A DNA stretch of 64,000 nt from Octopus vulgaris (taxonomy: Eukaryota). The translations under genes were made by a program, and so were the position numbers. The stretch's first letter is position 1, and every line of letters starts with the position of its first letter. A model generated the notes under the pieces. The model was not told the DNA's origin, did no database searches, and saw only the letters and a program-made list of their open reading frames with translations. The stretch covers positions 67,456,001-67,520,000 of the forward strand of contig OX597821.1 of assembly GCA_951406725.2 (NCBI GenBank), read 5' to 3'. Below, in pieces: positions 25,705 through 38,451 of the stretch.

Positions 25705-26334
25705 AAGGAGGGCGGAGATCGATAAGCTTTTCGACTCAAAAATCTATACTCTCAATAGCACATGGATGAAAACATCCCGAGGCAGATTGTTGTTTTCTCA
25801 TTACTTAAATCGTACATCGTTTGAAATTTTTTCAAGCATAAATATTTGTAACAACATTAGATATTAATCGATATATGCAAAACAATATTCGTCAATATTA
25901 ACGGTATTGATCTCTAAATTCCTGACTATGTGTATTTAGGGGTATTCCAAGAGGCAATTATTCAAATTTCTTGATACGTCTATTTATATATTTATAGCTA
26001 GTCTTTAACTGAAATTCAACAGGCGCAAACAGAGGCACACTTTTTTTACACAGCTTCTTGGATTGCCATTTAAGAAACAACACATGAGGGTTTCATTCAG
26101 ATATTCACCACAGTTTGTACACATACACCGTGTACAAACTCTATACTTGGAATGACCAATTTTAAGTACTATTGGAACTTACAAGTTATTGGAATCTTAT
26201 ATGTATACCATTCTGCTTAATGCATCTACATATGCAATATACCTGCAAATCTCAGATCTATTTTCATTCCTCCACTTCACTCTCTATTTCATATCTAATC
26301 TAAATTAACTATTGCTTAACCATTTTCTCACACC

Positions 26335-26382
26335 GTCTCCAATGAAAGGATATAATAAATATTCCGGAAACAGCTGTAAGAC
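26335..26382 (+). ncRNA. Degenerate type I hammerhead motif in a PLE-like tail
   Basis: GTCT-CCAATGA-AAGGATAT..ATATTCCG-GAAA-CAGCTG-TA-AGAC; core mutated (CCAAUGA). Confidence 0.55.
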
Positions 26383-26601
26383 CTTCTATTTATAAATGTT
26401 CTAAAAATATTTCACGGGTTTGGATTTTTATCTCATTCTGAAAAAACATTTTTTACATATATACATGCTGATATATGACCTACGTTGGACTCCTTATTCG
26501 CATAATCACCGAACCGGGAGCTTAACTATGGTCTGTCCATAGCACTTACTCACCATTACCTGACACCTTTGGGTCTTATTGACACCATTACCTCTCATAA
26601 C

Positions 26602-26664
<63 letters not shown>

Positions 26665-26917
26665 TACATATGGAGGAAATTCATTCTGTGGGTGTGTTTC
26701 TGGAGTTGTTAGCCGCTTAATATAAGGCTAACCACTTAATCCATTACTTCAACATGAACGCATCATTCAAAATACTGCCAAAACGCTACCTGGATTTCCC
26801 TGGGATTCTACCTAAGGGCCTACACCTTCACGGAAGTATGGACCAACCTCTATACCTTAATTAAATTATTATAGACGACTTGAGATATTCGTCCTGCCTT
26901 GACTTTCCTTTTCTGTA

Positions 26918-27030
<113 letters not shown>

Positions 27031-27034
27031 TGTT

Positions 27035-27072
<38 letters not shown>

Positions 27073-27132
27073 GAAAAAAATGGAGATTGAAAAGTTAATA
27101 ATAGTTTATTATTAACAACAAATCGAACATCA

Positions 27133-27216
27133 TCTCTTACAACTGTTTAAGTTAATACTCAGTGGATCTAATTAAATATTAAGTCCATATATCTGAGCAT
27201 AATATCTTCAGAGAGA
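27133..27216 (-). ncRNA. Degenerate type I hammerhead motif
   Basis: TCTCT-CTGAAGA-long stem II (atgctcag/ctgagtat)-TAAA (for GAAA)-CAGTTG-TA-AGAGA. Confidence 0.6.
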
Positions 27217-27269
27217 ATACAAATATACCAATAGATGTTTTTATGTTTCTTTATGGATTCATTATAGCA

Positions 27270-27348
<79 letters not shown>

Positions 27349-27379
27349 TGGATGGATGGATGGATGGATGGATGGATGT

Positions 27380-27712
27380 GTCATTCTTCAGTTTTATTTC
27401 AAGATTTCTTGCCAATAGAGAAAGAACCGGATTCTAACCTAGACCCAAGGCTCCTACATTGGAATTTTAACATCATCTACAAGGTATTTTTGTATGTATG
27501 TATGTAAATATGTATATGTGCAGATTTGTAAAAGTTTTTTTATGTATGTATTCTGATGCATATTGTTGCATATCTATACGTGCTTGTATATATCTAAATG
27601 ATAAACTCCTAGAAAGTTTTACAGATTTTTACAGTTCCAGTGATGAACTCGAACTGTAGTCTTCGATTTAACTTTCTTCTGTCTGGTTTTGAGAAGCCTC
27701 ATTTCTCAAGAT
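27380..27712 (-). mobile_element. R4/Dong-like LINE 3' end
   Basis: LEK.GFSKPDRRKLNRRLQ..ITGTVKICKTF plus 3' UTR; (TATG)/(GATG)n on both sides. Confidence 0.8.
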
Positions 27713-27974
27713 TAGTATGTATGTATGTATGTATGCATGTATGTATGTATGTATGTATGTATGTATGTGTTTGTATGTATGTATGTATGTATGTTTGTAT
27801 GTATGTATTCATCTATGTATATGAATACGTGCACGTATGCATGTATAAAATAACTATCTTGACTAAGATTAGTATCTACGCTAATATATATTCCTATTGT
27901 ACTAAATGTCATGAGGTCTTTTCTGAATGTAATATTACATAACTATTAATATTACGCATTAGAGAATGTGATGC

Positions 27975-28170
27975 GCTGTCAGAATCGTTACCGTACCAGA
28001 CAAGAATCCTTTGGAGCTTTAGTTCTGAGTTCAAATTCCGTAAAGGTAGGCTTTGTTCGTCATTCTTTCGGAGTCGATGAAAATAAGTAGCAAATGAACA
28101 CCGACTGAAATGTAATCTACTAACCCATAACCAAAATTTTGAGGCCTCTTGCCCATAGTAGGAGAGATAT
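27975..28170 (+). mobile_element. Old Meta-domain SINE
   Basis: ttctgagttcaaattccg..cattctttcggagtcgatgaaaataagta. Confidence 0.6.
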
Positions 28171-28609
28171 TACCAGGAAAAAAAAACAAAAAATAAATAC
28201 AAAACAAAGATATCACTGATACTGTCTCTGTGTAAACTTCCTCCTTACAACGTAGGAAAATATATTTCAGCTGTTTTGCTTCATTCTCTCACTTGGTGAT
28301 GAAATCCATTTTGTAGAGATTTTCCTAAGGATAGATTGTCGAATAACTATCTAATCAAGAGATTTGTTTAAAATGTAAACATGTATTTAATTAAAATAAT
28401 ACTTGGCGTAACATAAAACAAAACGCGCTACCGATTATAATAAATTGCTTACACACTTTTTTTCAGATATTGCGAGGAAAATAATTGTTAATTATTTGAT
28501 CCGTCTTCTTTTCAAAAATCGGTTTCTATTTTCTGTATGTTCCATTTTTAGTCTAGAGGTCGTGCCAGCCTATGCACTTTAAGTATATATGACTAACATA
28601 TTTTGTTGT

Positions 28610-28800
28610 ATTTTAGGAGGGTCATTATGCCAATAATAAACACATGCACCGGTTTTAATTTTGCTTCTTTATTTTTATTAGACAATTAGCTAATCATATA
28701 ACGAACTAACTGATTGTTTCGTTAATCGTTCGGTCAATCGATCATTCAGCTAGGTTTGCCAAGGTCCTTTCGTTGTGACTCATGATCTCATCATTGCCAT
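28610..28800 (-). mobile_element. Decayed PLE terminus related to 6324-6600
   Basis: ggagggtcattatgccaataataaacacatgcac; minus strand ATGATGAGATCA..CGAAAGGACCTTGGCAAA. Confidence 0.45.
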
Positions 28801-28909
28801 ATCCTCTCTAAACCGGGTATGTTTAGGTCTGTCTCTCTGTCTGTTCCTAGCCTACAGATTCGATATTTATAGTTTATATGTATGTGAGTGAGAATGTGTG
28901 TGGGTGTGT

Positions 28910-28953
<44 letters not shown>

Positions 28954-29118
28954 GAGGAACTGGTAAAAAAGATCGTGGGCATTATGTAGCAAGAAAATTG
29001 ACTGACCTATAAAATATGCACCAGACCTAAAAAAATAAGTTATGCCCTAGTATGGCTGCAGTCCAATGGCTGAAACGTGTCAAAGGTAAAAGATACATTA
29101 ACATGTAGACAGTATTTA

Positions 29119-29745
29119 AGGCGGCGAGCGGGTAGTATCATTAGTGCAGTGAGCAATATGTTTAGGAGAAACGTCAGCACGCCGGCGAGCGAGCTGGCAG
29201 AATCGTTAGCACGCCAGGCGAAATGCTTTGCGGTATTTCGTCTGCCGTTACGTTCTGAGGTCGACTTTGCCTTGCATCCTTTCGGGGTCGATAAATTAAG
29301 TACCAGTTACGCACTGGGGTCGATGTAATCGACTTGATCCGTTTCTCTGTCCTTGTATGTCCTCTCTGTGTTTAGTCCCTTATGGGTAGTAAAGAAATAG
29401 GTATTTCGTCTGCCGTTTCGTTCTGAGTTCAAATTCCGCCGAGGTCGACTTTGCCTTTCATTCTTTCGGGGTCGATAAATTAAGTACCAGTTACGCACTG
29501 AGGTCAATGTGATAGACTTAACCCCTTTGTCTGTCCTTGTTTGTCCCCTCTATGTTTAGCCCCTTGTGGGCAATAAAGAAATAGGTATTTCTTCTGTCTT
29601 TGCGTTCTGAGTTCAAATTCCGCCGAGGTCGACTTTGCCTTTCATCCTTTCGGGGTCGATAAATTAAATATCAGTTGCGTACTCGGGTCGATCTAATCGT
29701 CTGGCCTCCTCCCAAAAAATTTCGGGCCTTGTGCCTAGAGTAAAA
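29119..29745 (+). mobile_element. Meta-domain SINE with tandemly reiterated body (3 units) and reiterated head fragments
   Basis: gtatttc(g/t)tctg..gaggtcgactttgcc.. restarts near 29233, 29401 and 29585. Confidence 0.9.
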
Positions 29746-31694
29746 TGTGAAACCAGTATGTAAACAGTATTCGAAATTGAAATATAGTCTTCATTTTACA
29801 TAAACTTCTAATTGTCCCGTCTTGTGATACAATGCTTTAAGGGATAAGGATACGTCTACCGCGAAACTTGAGTGATTAGTTATTTTATTATTGATTCTGG
29901 AAAGATGAAAGGCAGCGTTTGCATTCGCAGTACTTGAACTTACATCGTAAAGGAGAATAACTATGGCAAGGAATGTTTTCAGCACTTTAGCGATTCTACC
30001 GATGTGCAGCCCAAAGTTTTATTGTTTTCATATCTGTATAGTCTGGTAAAACATCTGAGTCCTACATGACATACATATTATTGTGAACTCTCACAGTTCT
30101 TATGATTGTTTTGACAGTAAACACATACTGCAGTTCATAAAACGTGACCTGCAAAGTATTTACATCATATCAAATTAACAGTGAATTTTATGACAAAATT
30201 TGCAGAATGTCTGTACTTTTTTTTTTATTTGAATATGAGATCACAAAAGTTTATTAGTATTTTAAGTTGAAACTTGAGTACAATTTATTTAAATTATACG
30301 TATTCAACCCCAGGGGTATATTATGTTATAGAAATTTTACAATGTGCAAAACAGTTTTTATAAATCTTTCTTCGTAGGTATTTATAATGAGAATATTCCA
30401 GAATTCTGAAAAAAAAAAAACAGAGAGAGAGAGAGAGAAAGACGAGAGGTTGTATTAATGTTGTTATATTACTAATTCTGTTATAATGTTATGAAATATA
30501 AATATTACAATAGATAATCTGCATACAATATTTTGTTTTACCACGAGGCATTAAGTTTTACGTAGACTTACGAGATTGCCGGTTTCTATCCATCTCCAGA
30601 TTACAGATCACAAGAGGAAATTGCAAATTTATCTTACTTGGAACACAACCGCTCGCATCGTCGTTATTGATATTGTTATTGTTGTAATTTAGTCCCAAAC
30701 TAAATGCTGAACCAATTGATCGATGATAAAAGACTTTTCCCTCTTGCCAATTTCGTCTTCGTTGGTATTCTTCCGAGTCTGTATATTTTCTCGGAACAGA
30801 TTCTCTACTGAGGCTGTCTAAAGTTAATATTCATGATTTGGTTACTATTTCTAATAAGATGACGTACACGTAGTCGGTTCTTATGTTACTCGTACATCAT
30901 ATGGCAAGAAAATTACATATCTTGTGTATATCTGTGGGATAATGATTGAGGCTACAATAAAATTTGTATAAAAATCTTCCGAGCTGCATCGCAACACGAG
31001 CAGACTTTGCATATTCGATCTCAGTCTAGGGAGCAAATTATTATTATTATGAAGTCTGCATTATTTCATTTATAAAATCTGACACCTACTTCGGCACCCT
31101 GACAAAGTCTTGCTGTCCTATCGAAAGAACATAATGCATTAACGTGGAGAATATAACTACATACATATATACTGTTGCGAAATCTGCGCTCTCTCTTTAA
31201 GGCCTTGCTTTCTTAGGCCTTATTGGTTTTGTATTATCATATATGATTCTGTAACATTTCTTTTTCCTTCGAAAGCGTGTTAGTCCTAATGAAAACCATT
31301 TTTATTTCTGGGAATACGTGTTCTGTAATAGTCAGTCCTCTATTCTACGATCTGTCCACCTTGGCAAGCCTTACAAAGAGCATGCGCTCTGCTAACATAG
31401 CTCTAAGGGTCATAGAAACACACAAGCCATTAAACCACAAAAAAAAGAAAGAAAAAGGACTAGGCATTATGGAGGCGTCCTTATGAAATTAAGTAATAAT
31501 CGCTTGGGAACATATGAGTTCTTCTATAGACTTTAGTACTCTTTGATTTCGTGTGTATGCGTGCATATATACAGGTGGACGTATGTGTGTATTGATAGGA
31601 ATTAGCACAAAGATTATTGATAGTCTAATATTGAAGAACTAATAAATGCCATACTGCACAAGCAGTAGTAACAGCAAAAGAGACGCGGAAGAGG

Positions 31695-31714
31695 ACGAAG
31701 AAGAAGAAGAAGAA

Positions 31715-31785
<71 letters not shown>

Positions 31786-31820
31786 AGAAGAAGATGATGA
31801 TGATGATGATGATGATGATT

Positions 31821-31855
<35 letters not shown>

Positions 31856-32040
31856 TAAAGATATGATGAAGAAAAAGATGAAGAAGGTGAAGAAGAAGAT
31901 GAAAAAGATGAAGAAGAAGATGAAGAAGAAGATGAAGAAGAAGATGTTGAAGAAGATGTAGAAGATGATGAAGAAGATGATGAAGAAGATGAAGCAGATG
32001 AAGAAGAAGAAGAAGATGATGATGAAGAACAACAACAACA
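31695..32040. repeat. (GAA)n/(GAT)n compound microsatellite
   Basis: Visible; the poly-E/D ORF is interrupted by stops. Confidence 0.9.
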
Positions 32041-34539
32041 AGGTGAAAGGAGGAAAAAGGAGACAAAGAATTTGTGGTGAGGCGAGAAGCATCGGTAGTT
32101 GTAGTAAGAGGAGAGGAGGGGGAGGGAAGGAAGAGGAGGAGGAGGAAGATTGCTACTGTTATTGTCAGAATCGTTGATGTTTTGATATGTCATGATTGAT
32201 TTAATGTCTCTGTAAGAGTTTGGTCTCATCTAAGCACCAAAACAGGCGTCAAACAATGCATGGAATTGGTTTGAATGGACATCAAAAGGACTTATCGATT
32301 TTCCTTTGTTAGTTTCGGTGTGACACATTTATATTCAGCATCGTATTTCTATAGTGACACTTTTATTTATTGTAAATGTTCCGTAAGACTATCATTTCCA
32401 GTGAGAATCAACTATTGTTCAACTTTCTTTAAATCATTCTGCCAGAAAAATATAAAGAAAATAAACAAAATTTTCAAACGATACGAAAGTCTGCACCTCT
32501 CTGTGTGTCATTTAAGAATTTTCACTTTTTAGTTTGTTATGTGTGTGTGTGTGTGTGGCTTTTCTGTAATGTGAACTATTTAACCTACTCTGAATTTGCA
32601 TTAACTGAAATTTAATCTCGTCTTTTTTTATTATCATAATAAATCTATTCATGCTCAAAGTTATATAATATCCTTAAGTTACTGAATTTTATTGAAGGAG
32701 TAAATAGACAGCATGTCATGAGCTATAAAGAAATTTTGGTTCTTTATATTTAGCTTTAAGAAAAATTCTGTCGAAAAATATCAAGCTTTAAATTTTACTT
32801 ATTTATTGGCATACTTATTCCACATAAGTTTTATGGTAAATAACCAACCGAGAAATGATGTTAATATTAAGCAAGACGTTAAACATGTTAAACATGTAGG
32901 AAGTGTGTTATTTTGCATAATTATTCAAACATTACAGCTAACTAGTCATAGTGGTTGACTTATAAACTACGCAAGGCGAATTATAGAATAACAAACGCAG
33001 ACTTTCTTTCCACACTATCTATACTGCCTTAAGAAAATGCAATTAAGTTTGCTGTAGTTAAATCTATCTTGTTTGAAATTAATTATTTCCGCCTTATCTT
33101 GGAGGCAAATTATGACAAACAAATATATATCTTTCAATCTCTTCATCTGTTCAGGAGGCCAACTTGAATAACAAATAGCATTTATAACTACTATACTGGT
33201 AAATAGTATTAATCTATCTGGAATTAACATTATGCTACAGAAGTTTCAAGTTCCCGGAGGAGCTATATCGGTCTGCAATTAAATACCTTAACAGTCCTCT
33301 GGTGAAAGTATTTATTTAGTTATTAGAATAATTAACATGTTAACGATACCAAACGAATAATCTATTACAATTAATTCAGATTGACTGAGCTGAAGTCTAA
33401 GATTCACACTAAATTTGAGAATTTTAAAAGTTGCCCAGAAGGAGAACTAAATGACTGCAAGATTTACGGTTGGGAAGAAAATGGTAATGGCTGTTTAGAA
33501 CGAGCATGTTGCTCTAACTTAAATGTCCAGCGTGGGAGACACAATTTCTACTGCACTTTATAAAGAAGATATCATGTTATCTAATGTTTATACACCGAAT
33601 AATAGTGTAGCGAGTTTCTTTACCCGAATAGTGAAACAGCAACAGATCATTTAAATACACAGATTTAATAGTGCAATACATACGTTGAACAGCACAAAGA
33701 ATGTTTTGTTAATATTGAAATCACGGACATAAGAAGCGGACCAACGAAGGGCTATCCTGTGACCACAGAACCCGCTAAAACTGGAAACCCCTCTTTAAAA
33801 ATTCGTGACGCTGTCAGTAAGTAAGGAAATGATTCATTGATAACATATTCTCATATAAACTAGACAGACGTTCACTGTTGAAAACCCTTTCATCATAGGC
33901 CATGTACTTCATCAGTGCTGGTGTGAGTGTTAAAAACAAGCAATCCTCTAACAAGGGGGTCTAACCCTTTTATTAACATATTTCAGTTGAAATACACTGT
34001 ATTTGTTTTGATTAGTTTTAAAAATGATCAAGATTCGGTGAAATAATTTGTCATTATTATGTTGGTATTCAGAATATAAATTAACAAAGGAATTTCGATG
34101 GAAGGTTTCTTACTTGCACCTCTATTCTTAACACGTTTCATGAATATGCTAATCGCTGTTGTATTTCGTCAGACAAGGACAGCTACTCCATTGCACACTC
34201 GATGCATTAGCACAAGGGGAGTCTGGGTTCGAGGCTCTGGTCTCAGAGTTTTAAGTAGAAAAATAGCCAAAACTGAGGTTCATTTCAAAAATTAGGCAGC
34301 CAGTTGCTGGACGAAATTGCTGAATTCATAATAATATTAGCTGAGTTGAGGAATGCATGGAACGAGTTCAGTTTATTCAGTTGCACAGGCGGCAAAACTC
34401 ATCCTAATCTTGATCGCCACAGATCAACACTACACCAACAATGGTCTTTAGTGTACCATGATTGTGTTGTGAAATCATCTTTTGGGACTTCGCATGATTG
34501 TTTGTTGACGAACAAGTTAATGGTGCCGGAAAGGAAATC

Positions 34540-35095
34540 GAAACAAAGTTGGGAAAGACTTCCGCCCGTCCCCTCCCCACCCATTTTCTCCCAAATTTGT
34601 TTATTTTTGTATTTTTTTGCTGAAAATCCCCGTTTTCGGATACGGAGGTTCCGGGAAATTGCCAATAATCGGCATTGTGAAATACCACCCACCCCCCATT
34701 TCCCCACCAGTTTCTTCAATTTTGACTTTCTTCCACAACACTAACCCTAAACCCCTAACCGTAAGTAAAGAAATGTTTTGAATTTTTTGTCACTATGATG
34801 ATATCCGTATTTTTCCGCATATTTAAAAAAAAAAAAATTCTTAAAAAAACATTTTCCAAAGATGTTTGGAAGTTTTTTTCAGAATCATAATCTCCGTATT
34901 TTTTCGCATATTTTGAAAAAAAAAATTGTGAAAAAAGTTAAAAATGAAGGAAATGGGGGTGGGGGTGCCGACTTTTTGCCAATTTTTTTTGCAGATTCGT
35001 ATTCCCCGTAGCCGAAGGGGGGGGTCAAAAGAAACATTTTTAAGGGTGGTTTGGGGCTGGGGGGACGGGTGAAAGTCTTGTCCAAAGTTGTGACG
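34540..35095. mobile_element. Foldback/MITE-like non-autonomous DNA element with long imperfect inverted arms
   Basis: gggaaagacttccgcccgtcccc vs ggggacgggtgaaagtcttg; acccccc-atttcc..ttttgactttcttccacaa vs ttgtgaaaaaagttaaaa..ggaaatgggggt; internal ctaaccctaaacccctaacc. Confidence 0.65.
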
Positions 35096-35332
35096 TTGTC
35101 AAACTTCCTTCGATAAAGATTTTCATATTTTACCATCATCTAGACTCTAGTAGTTCTGGTATGGCAATACTTCAATGAGGAGGTCTAATAATGCCGAAAC
35201 TTACCTAGGGTTGTTACTTTCGTCGTCTGTGATTAAACTCACTCCTTACTGTATGCTTCAGTTTAGTATTAAATAATGATAAGGTTTTGATTTCGAAATT
35301 ATCGTCACTCGTAATTTTCTTATCCAGCTACA

Positions 35333-35536
35333 CGAGGGACTGCTGAAAAGTTCCTGGTTTTAACGGTATCGCGAAAGGCATGGTTAGAGCCTAACCTTCT
35401 GTGTTCTTTTACAGGGCTTAGAAACACTGAAAAACTACTGCAATAATCGTGTGTATCTGAGAAGGGAATATGTTGAACAAAAAATGATTCTATATTTTCT
35501 GTTACTCTAAGCCAGGAACTTCTCAGTGCCCCAGCG
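35333..35536. mobile_element. Mariner-derived MITE
   Basis: TIRs cgagggactgctgaaaagttcctggttt / aagccaggaacttctcagtgccccagcg+TA. Confidence 0.8.
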
Positions 35537-35636
35537 TAAAGCTAATGAATTTTTTCACCGATGTGGACGAAATTTTAATTATTTGGAAATTGTTTTTGCT
35601 GCATTCAGTATGCTAGACTTCATTTGACTATCGGCT

Positions 35637-35672
<36 letters not shown>

Positions 35673-35769
35673 CGGGAAGCTTTATGAAAATAAACAGAAG
35701 ACGAAGGCAGGTGGAAAACAAACGAACAATTGTATTAGTATGGCGCTCAGGAAATATAAATAAAACAAG

Positions 35770-35807
35770 TCTTTAACGTTTCGAGCCTACGCTCTTCAAC
35801 AGAAAGA
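35770..35807 (-). ncRNA. Minimal type I hammerhead variant (CUGUUGA core)
   Basis: TCTTT-CTGTTGA-A-GAGC-GTAG-GCTC-GAAA-CG-TT-AAAGA. Confidence 0.65.
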
Positions 35808-36282
35808 TACACAGAGAGAGAAAAACACAGAAAGAAGGAGAGAAAAAAATGCGTGCAGTAGCTAACGAATCAACATGGCGATCTGATTTCGGCCAGAGGT
35901 CAAAGATCAAACATGAGACGCGAGAGCGAAATAAGGGGAGATAATAGGGTTGATAAAAGGGTTGAGGGACCAGCTAAAAGTGCGTGGGAGGTGTCTGGAT
36001 GTGTGTATGTATAGGGTTGGTGTATGTATTAGTATGTATAAGGGTGTGTGTGTGTATGAGAGAGTATTAGTGCGTAAGATTGGTCTGGACGTGCGTATGT
36101 ATGGGGTTGGTGTATGTATTAGTATGTATTAGTATGTATTAGTACGTATTGGTATGTATAGGTGTGTGTGTGTGTGTGTGAGAGAGAGTATAAGTGCGTA
36201 TGCGGGGTCTGGACGTGTGTATGTATAGGGTTGGTGTAAGTATTAGTATGTACTGGTATGTATTAGTACGTATTAGTATGTA

Positions 36283-37101
36283 TTAGTTGGTGTGTGTATT
36301 AGTATGGCACATCATATGTGATGTGATGTGTAAAGTCATGTGGTGTAGTGAGGAGAAGAGGGGGAGGGGGAGAAAAGGGGGGGAGAAGGCGAGGGGAAGA
36401 AGAGGGGGAGAGAAGGCGAGGGGAATGAGAGGGGGAGGAGAAGGGGGAAGAGGAGAGGATGGGGGAGAAGGAAGGGGAGGAGGGGGATGAAGGAGGAAAG
36501 AGGGGAGAGGGAGTGAGGGAGCAGAGGGAAGGGGAAGAGGGAGGGAGAAAGAGGGAAGAAGGGAAGGGGAGTAGGGGTGAAAGGATGAAGGACTGAAGAA
36601 GTAGGGGTCGGGGGAGAAAGGATAGGTGAGGAGGGGGGAGAGGGGGTTAGATGAGGAGGGGGGAGAGTTGAGACCAAATGGCGTATAAGAGCGAAGAGAG
36701 AAGATTAATTCCTGTTCACGGCGCAAACGGGAATCCGGATGGCCTCTGTGTAAGGACAAACCGAACACAGATAGGTGTTGCAAGGAGTGACCGGTGGAGC
36801 GGAAATGGCGTGAGACCGGTGTGTCGTTCGCAAGGTGGATGTCACGAAGGTGTTCCGCGAACCGGTCAGCCAAGCGGCGTCCCGTTTGTCCGATGTACAA
36901 GGAATTGCAGAGAGAGCAAGAGATGCAATAGATAATATTGCTGGAGGTGCAGGTGAAGGAGTGGATGATGGGATAGGGTCGATGGTGGGTGCTAGTGAGG
37001 CGGGTGGTGTTGGAGAGGTAAGGGCAAGTGCGGCAACGTGGGCGGGAGCAGGGGAACGAGCCGGGTTGGGAGGTAGGGTCAGGGAAGGAGCTATGGACCA
37101 A
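36283..37101 (-). CDS. PLE GIY-YIG endonuclease domain (partial); low-complexity read-through after ~36670
   Basis: CSRPRCRTC linker, NIIYCISCSLCNSLYIGQTGRRLADRFAEH, RLRREQELIFSL, GLN. Confidence 0.85.
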   Translation of the reverse strand: MVHSSFPDPTSQPGSFPCSRPRCRTCPYLSNTTRLTSTHHRPYPIIHSFTCTSSNIIYCISCSLCNSLYIGQTGRRLADRFAEHLRDIHLANDTPVSRHFRSTGHSLQHLSVFGLSLHRGHPDSRLRREQELIFSLRSYTPFGLNSPPSSSNPLSPLLTYPFSPDPYFFSPSSFHPYSPSLLPSFSLPLPLPSAPSLPLPSFLLHPPPPLPSPPSSPLPPSPPPLIPLAFSPPLLPLAFSPPFLPLPLFSSLHHMTLHITSHMMCHTNTHTN

Positions 37102-37321
37102 AAGGTCTCGAAGGTTGTGGGCTCGTTTGAAAGAGGGGAGGGGTCGGTTAGGGAAGAGGTGTGAAGTGGACGGGTCGGACTGGAGATGACGGAAAGCTCG
37201 AAGAATGGTGCGTTGGAGACGTATGGTCGTGGGGTGGTAAGTGAGGGGAAAAGGGAGGCGGGAGACTACAGGGCGGGTTCGGGGAGAGAGAGCAGATATA
37301 TATATATATATATATACATAT

Positions 37322-37680
37322 CGACTGCGACGAGGCTTTCAGTTGATCCGATCAATGGAACAGCCTGCTTGTGAAATTAACCTGCAAGTGGCTGAGCACT
37401 CCACAGACACGCGTACCCTTAACGTAGTTCTCGGGGAGATTCAGCGTGACACAGAGTGTGACAAGTCTGGCCCTTTGAAATACAGGTAATACAGAAGCAA
37501 GAAGAAAGTGAGAGAAAGTTGCGGCGAAAGAGTACAGCAGGGTTCGCCACCATCCCCTGCCGGACCCTCGTGGACCTTTAGGTGTTTTCGCTCAATAAAC
37601 ACTGACAACGTCCGGTCTGGGAATAGAAACGACCGGCGATCCTATGACCACGAGTCCGCTACCCTAGCCACTGGGCCACA
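37322..37680 (-). mobile_element. tRNA-derived SINE; head and body as 18454-18782, different 3' half
   Basis: Reverse complement tgtggcccagtggctagggtagcggactc..ttgagcgaaaacacctaa..ctctttcgccgcaactttc. Confidence 0.8.
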
Positions 37681-37685
37681 TATAT

Positions 37686-37754
<69 letters not shown>

Positions 37755-38106
37755 CCTAACGTAGGCAGAGCAGAAATCAGTTGCAGTAAATATAAGATTT
37801 ACATAAAACAAGTAAGTAGAAATACTGTCACTAAGTGAAATTCTCCTTATCGACGAACAGACAAAAATTTGTAGATATCGTAGATAAAAAAAGAAAGGAA
37901 CATCGTATATGGTAGACATATATTACATAGGATGGCATTGTCACAGCTGGAATATCTTTAATTATATATCTTCCTCATCAGGACTAACATCATCAACAAT
38001 GCTATATATGGCGGTTCCTCTTGTCATAATCTATTGAGTCAGATAATGAGATATTGCTATCTAATATTTATCAGTGGTATAGAATAATAATTGCTAGAAT
38101 AAATGC

Positions 38107-38147
<41 letters not shown>

Positions 38148-38375
38148 AGAGACAGAGAGAAAAGAAAGAGAGAGAGAGTGTGTGTATCACTGTACATATA
38201 TGTGTATATATTTATATATATATGTATATATAAATATGTATTTATACATATATGTATACACACACACACTTATATGTATGTATGTATGCATATCCAAGTT
38301 CATTATAAGCTCGAAAAACTGAGATTGATGCAGGAGTAAGTGAGCATTGCAACGACCTGATGCTCGCTCGATCTC

Positions 38376-38388
38376 GTTGCATGGCAAC
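38376..38388. promoter_or_regulatory. RFX X-box-like palindrome
   Basis: GTTGCATGGCAAC in non-repetitive sequence. Confidence 0.3.
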
Positions 38389-38451
38389 GTGATTAACCGC
38401 CTTCTATTGACTGCTCAGAATGATCAGTAATTAATATTTTCTGCTGAGATA

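Larger units (their letters stand above)
35671..37295 (-). mobile_element. 5'-truncated Penelope-like element (Neptune-like) inserted in (TA)n
   Basis: RT C-terminal PLTYHP..LQSDP..FKRAHNLRDLLV, GIY-YIG ORF, pyrimidine-rich 3' UTR with tandem repeats, HHR-like motif near the 3' end; TA repeats on both sides. Confidence 0.93.

Noticed and set aside
29233-29745. CRISPR-like regular repeats
   Set aside because: Units are whole SINE bodies without unique spacers; eukaryotic context and no cas genes.
31614-32229. Poly-E/D, poly-S and poly-F ORFs
   Set aside because: GAA/GAT microsatellite with in-frame stops and no supporting exon structure.
34304-34744. 146-aa ORF
   Set aside because: Non-ATG start, overlaps a foldback repeat, no recognisable motifs.
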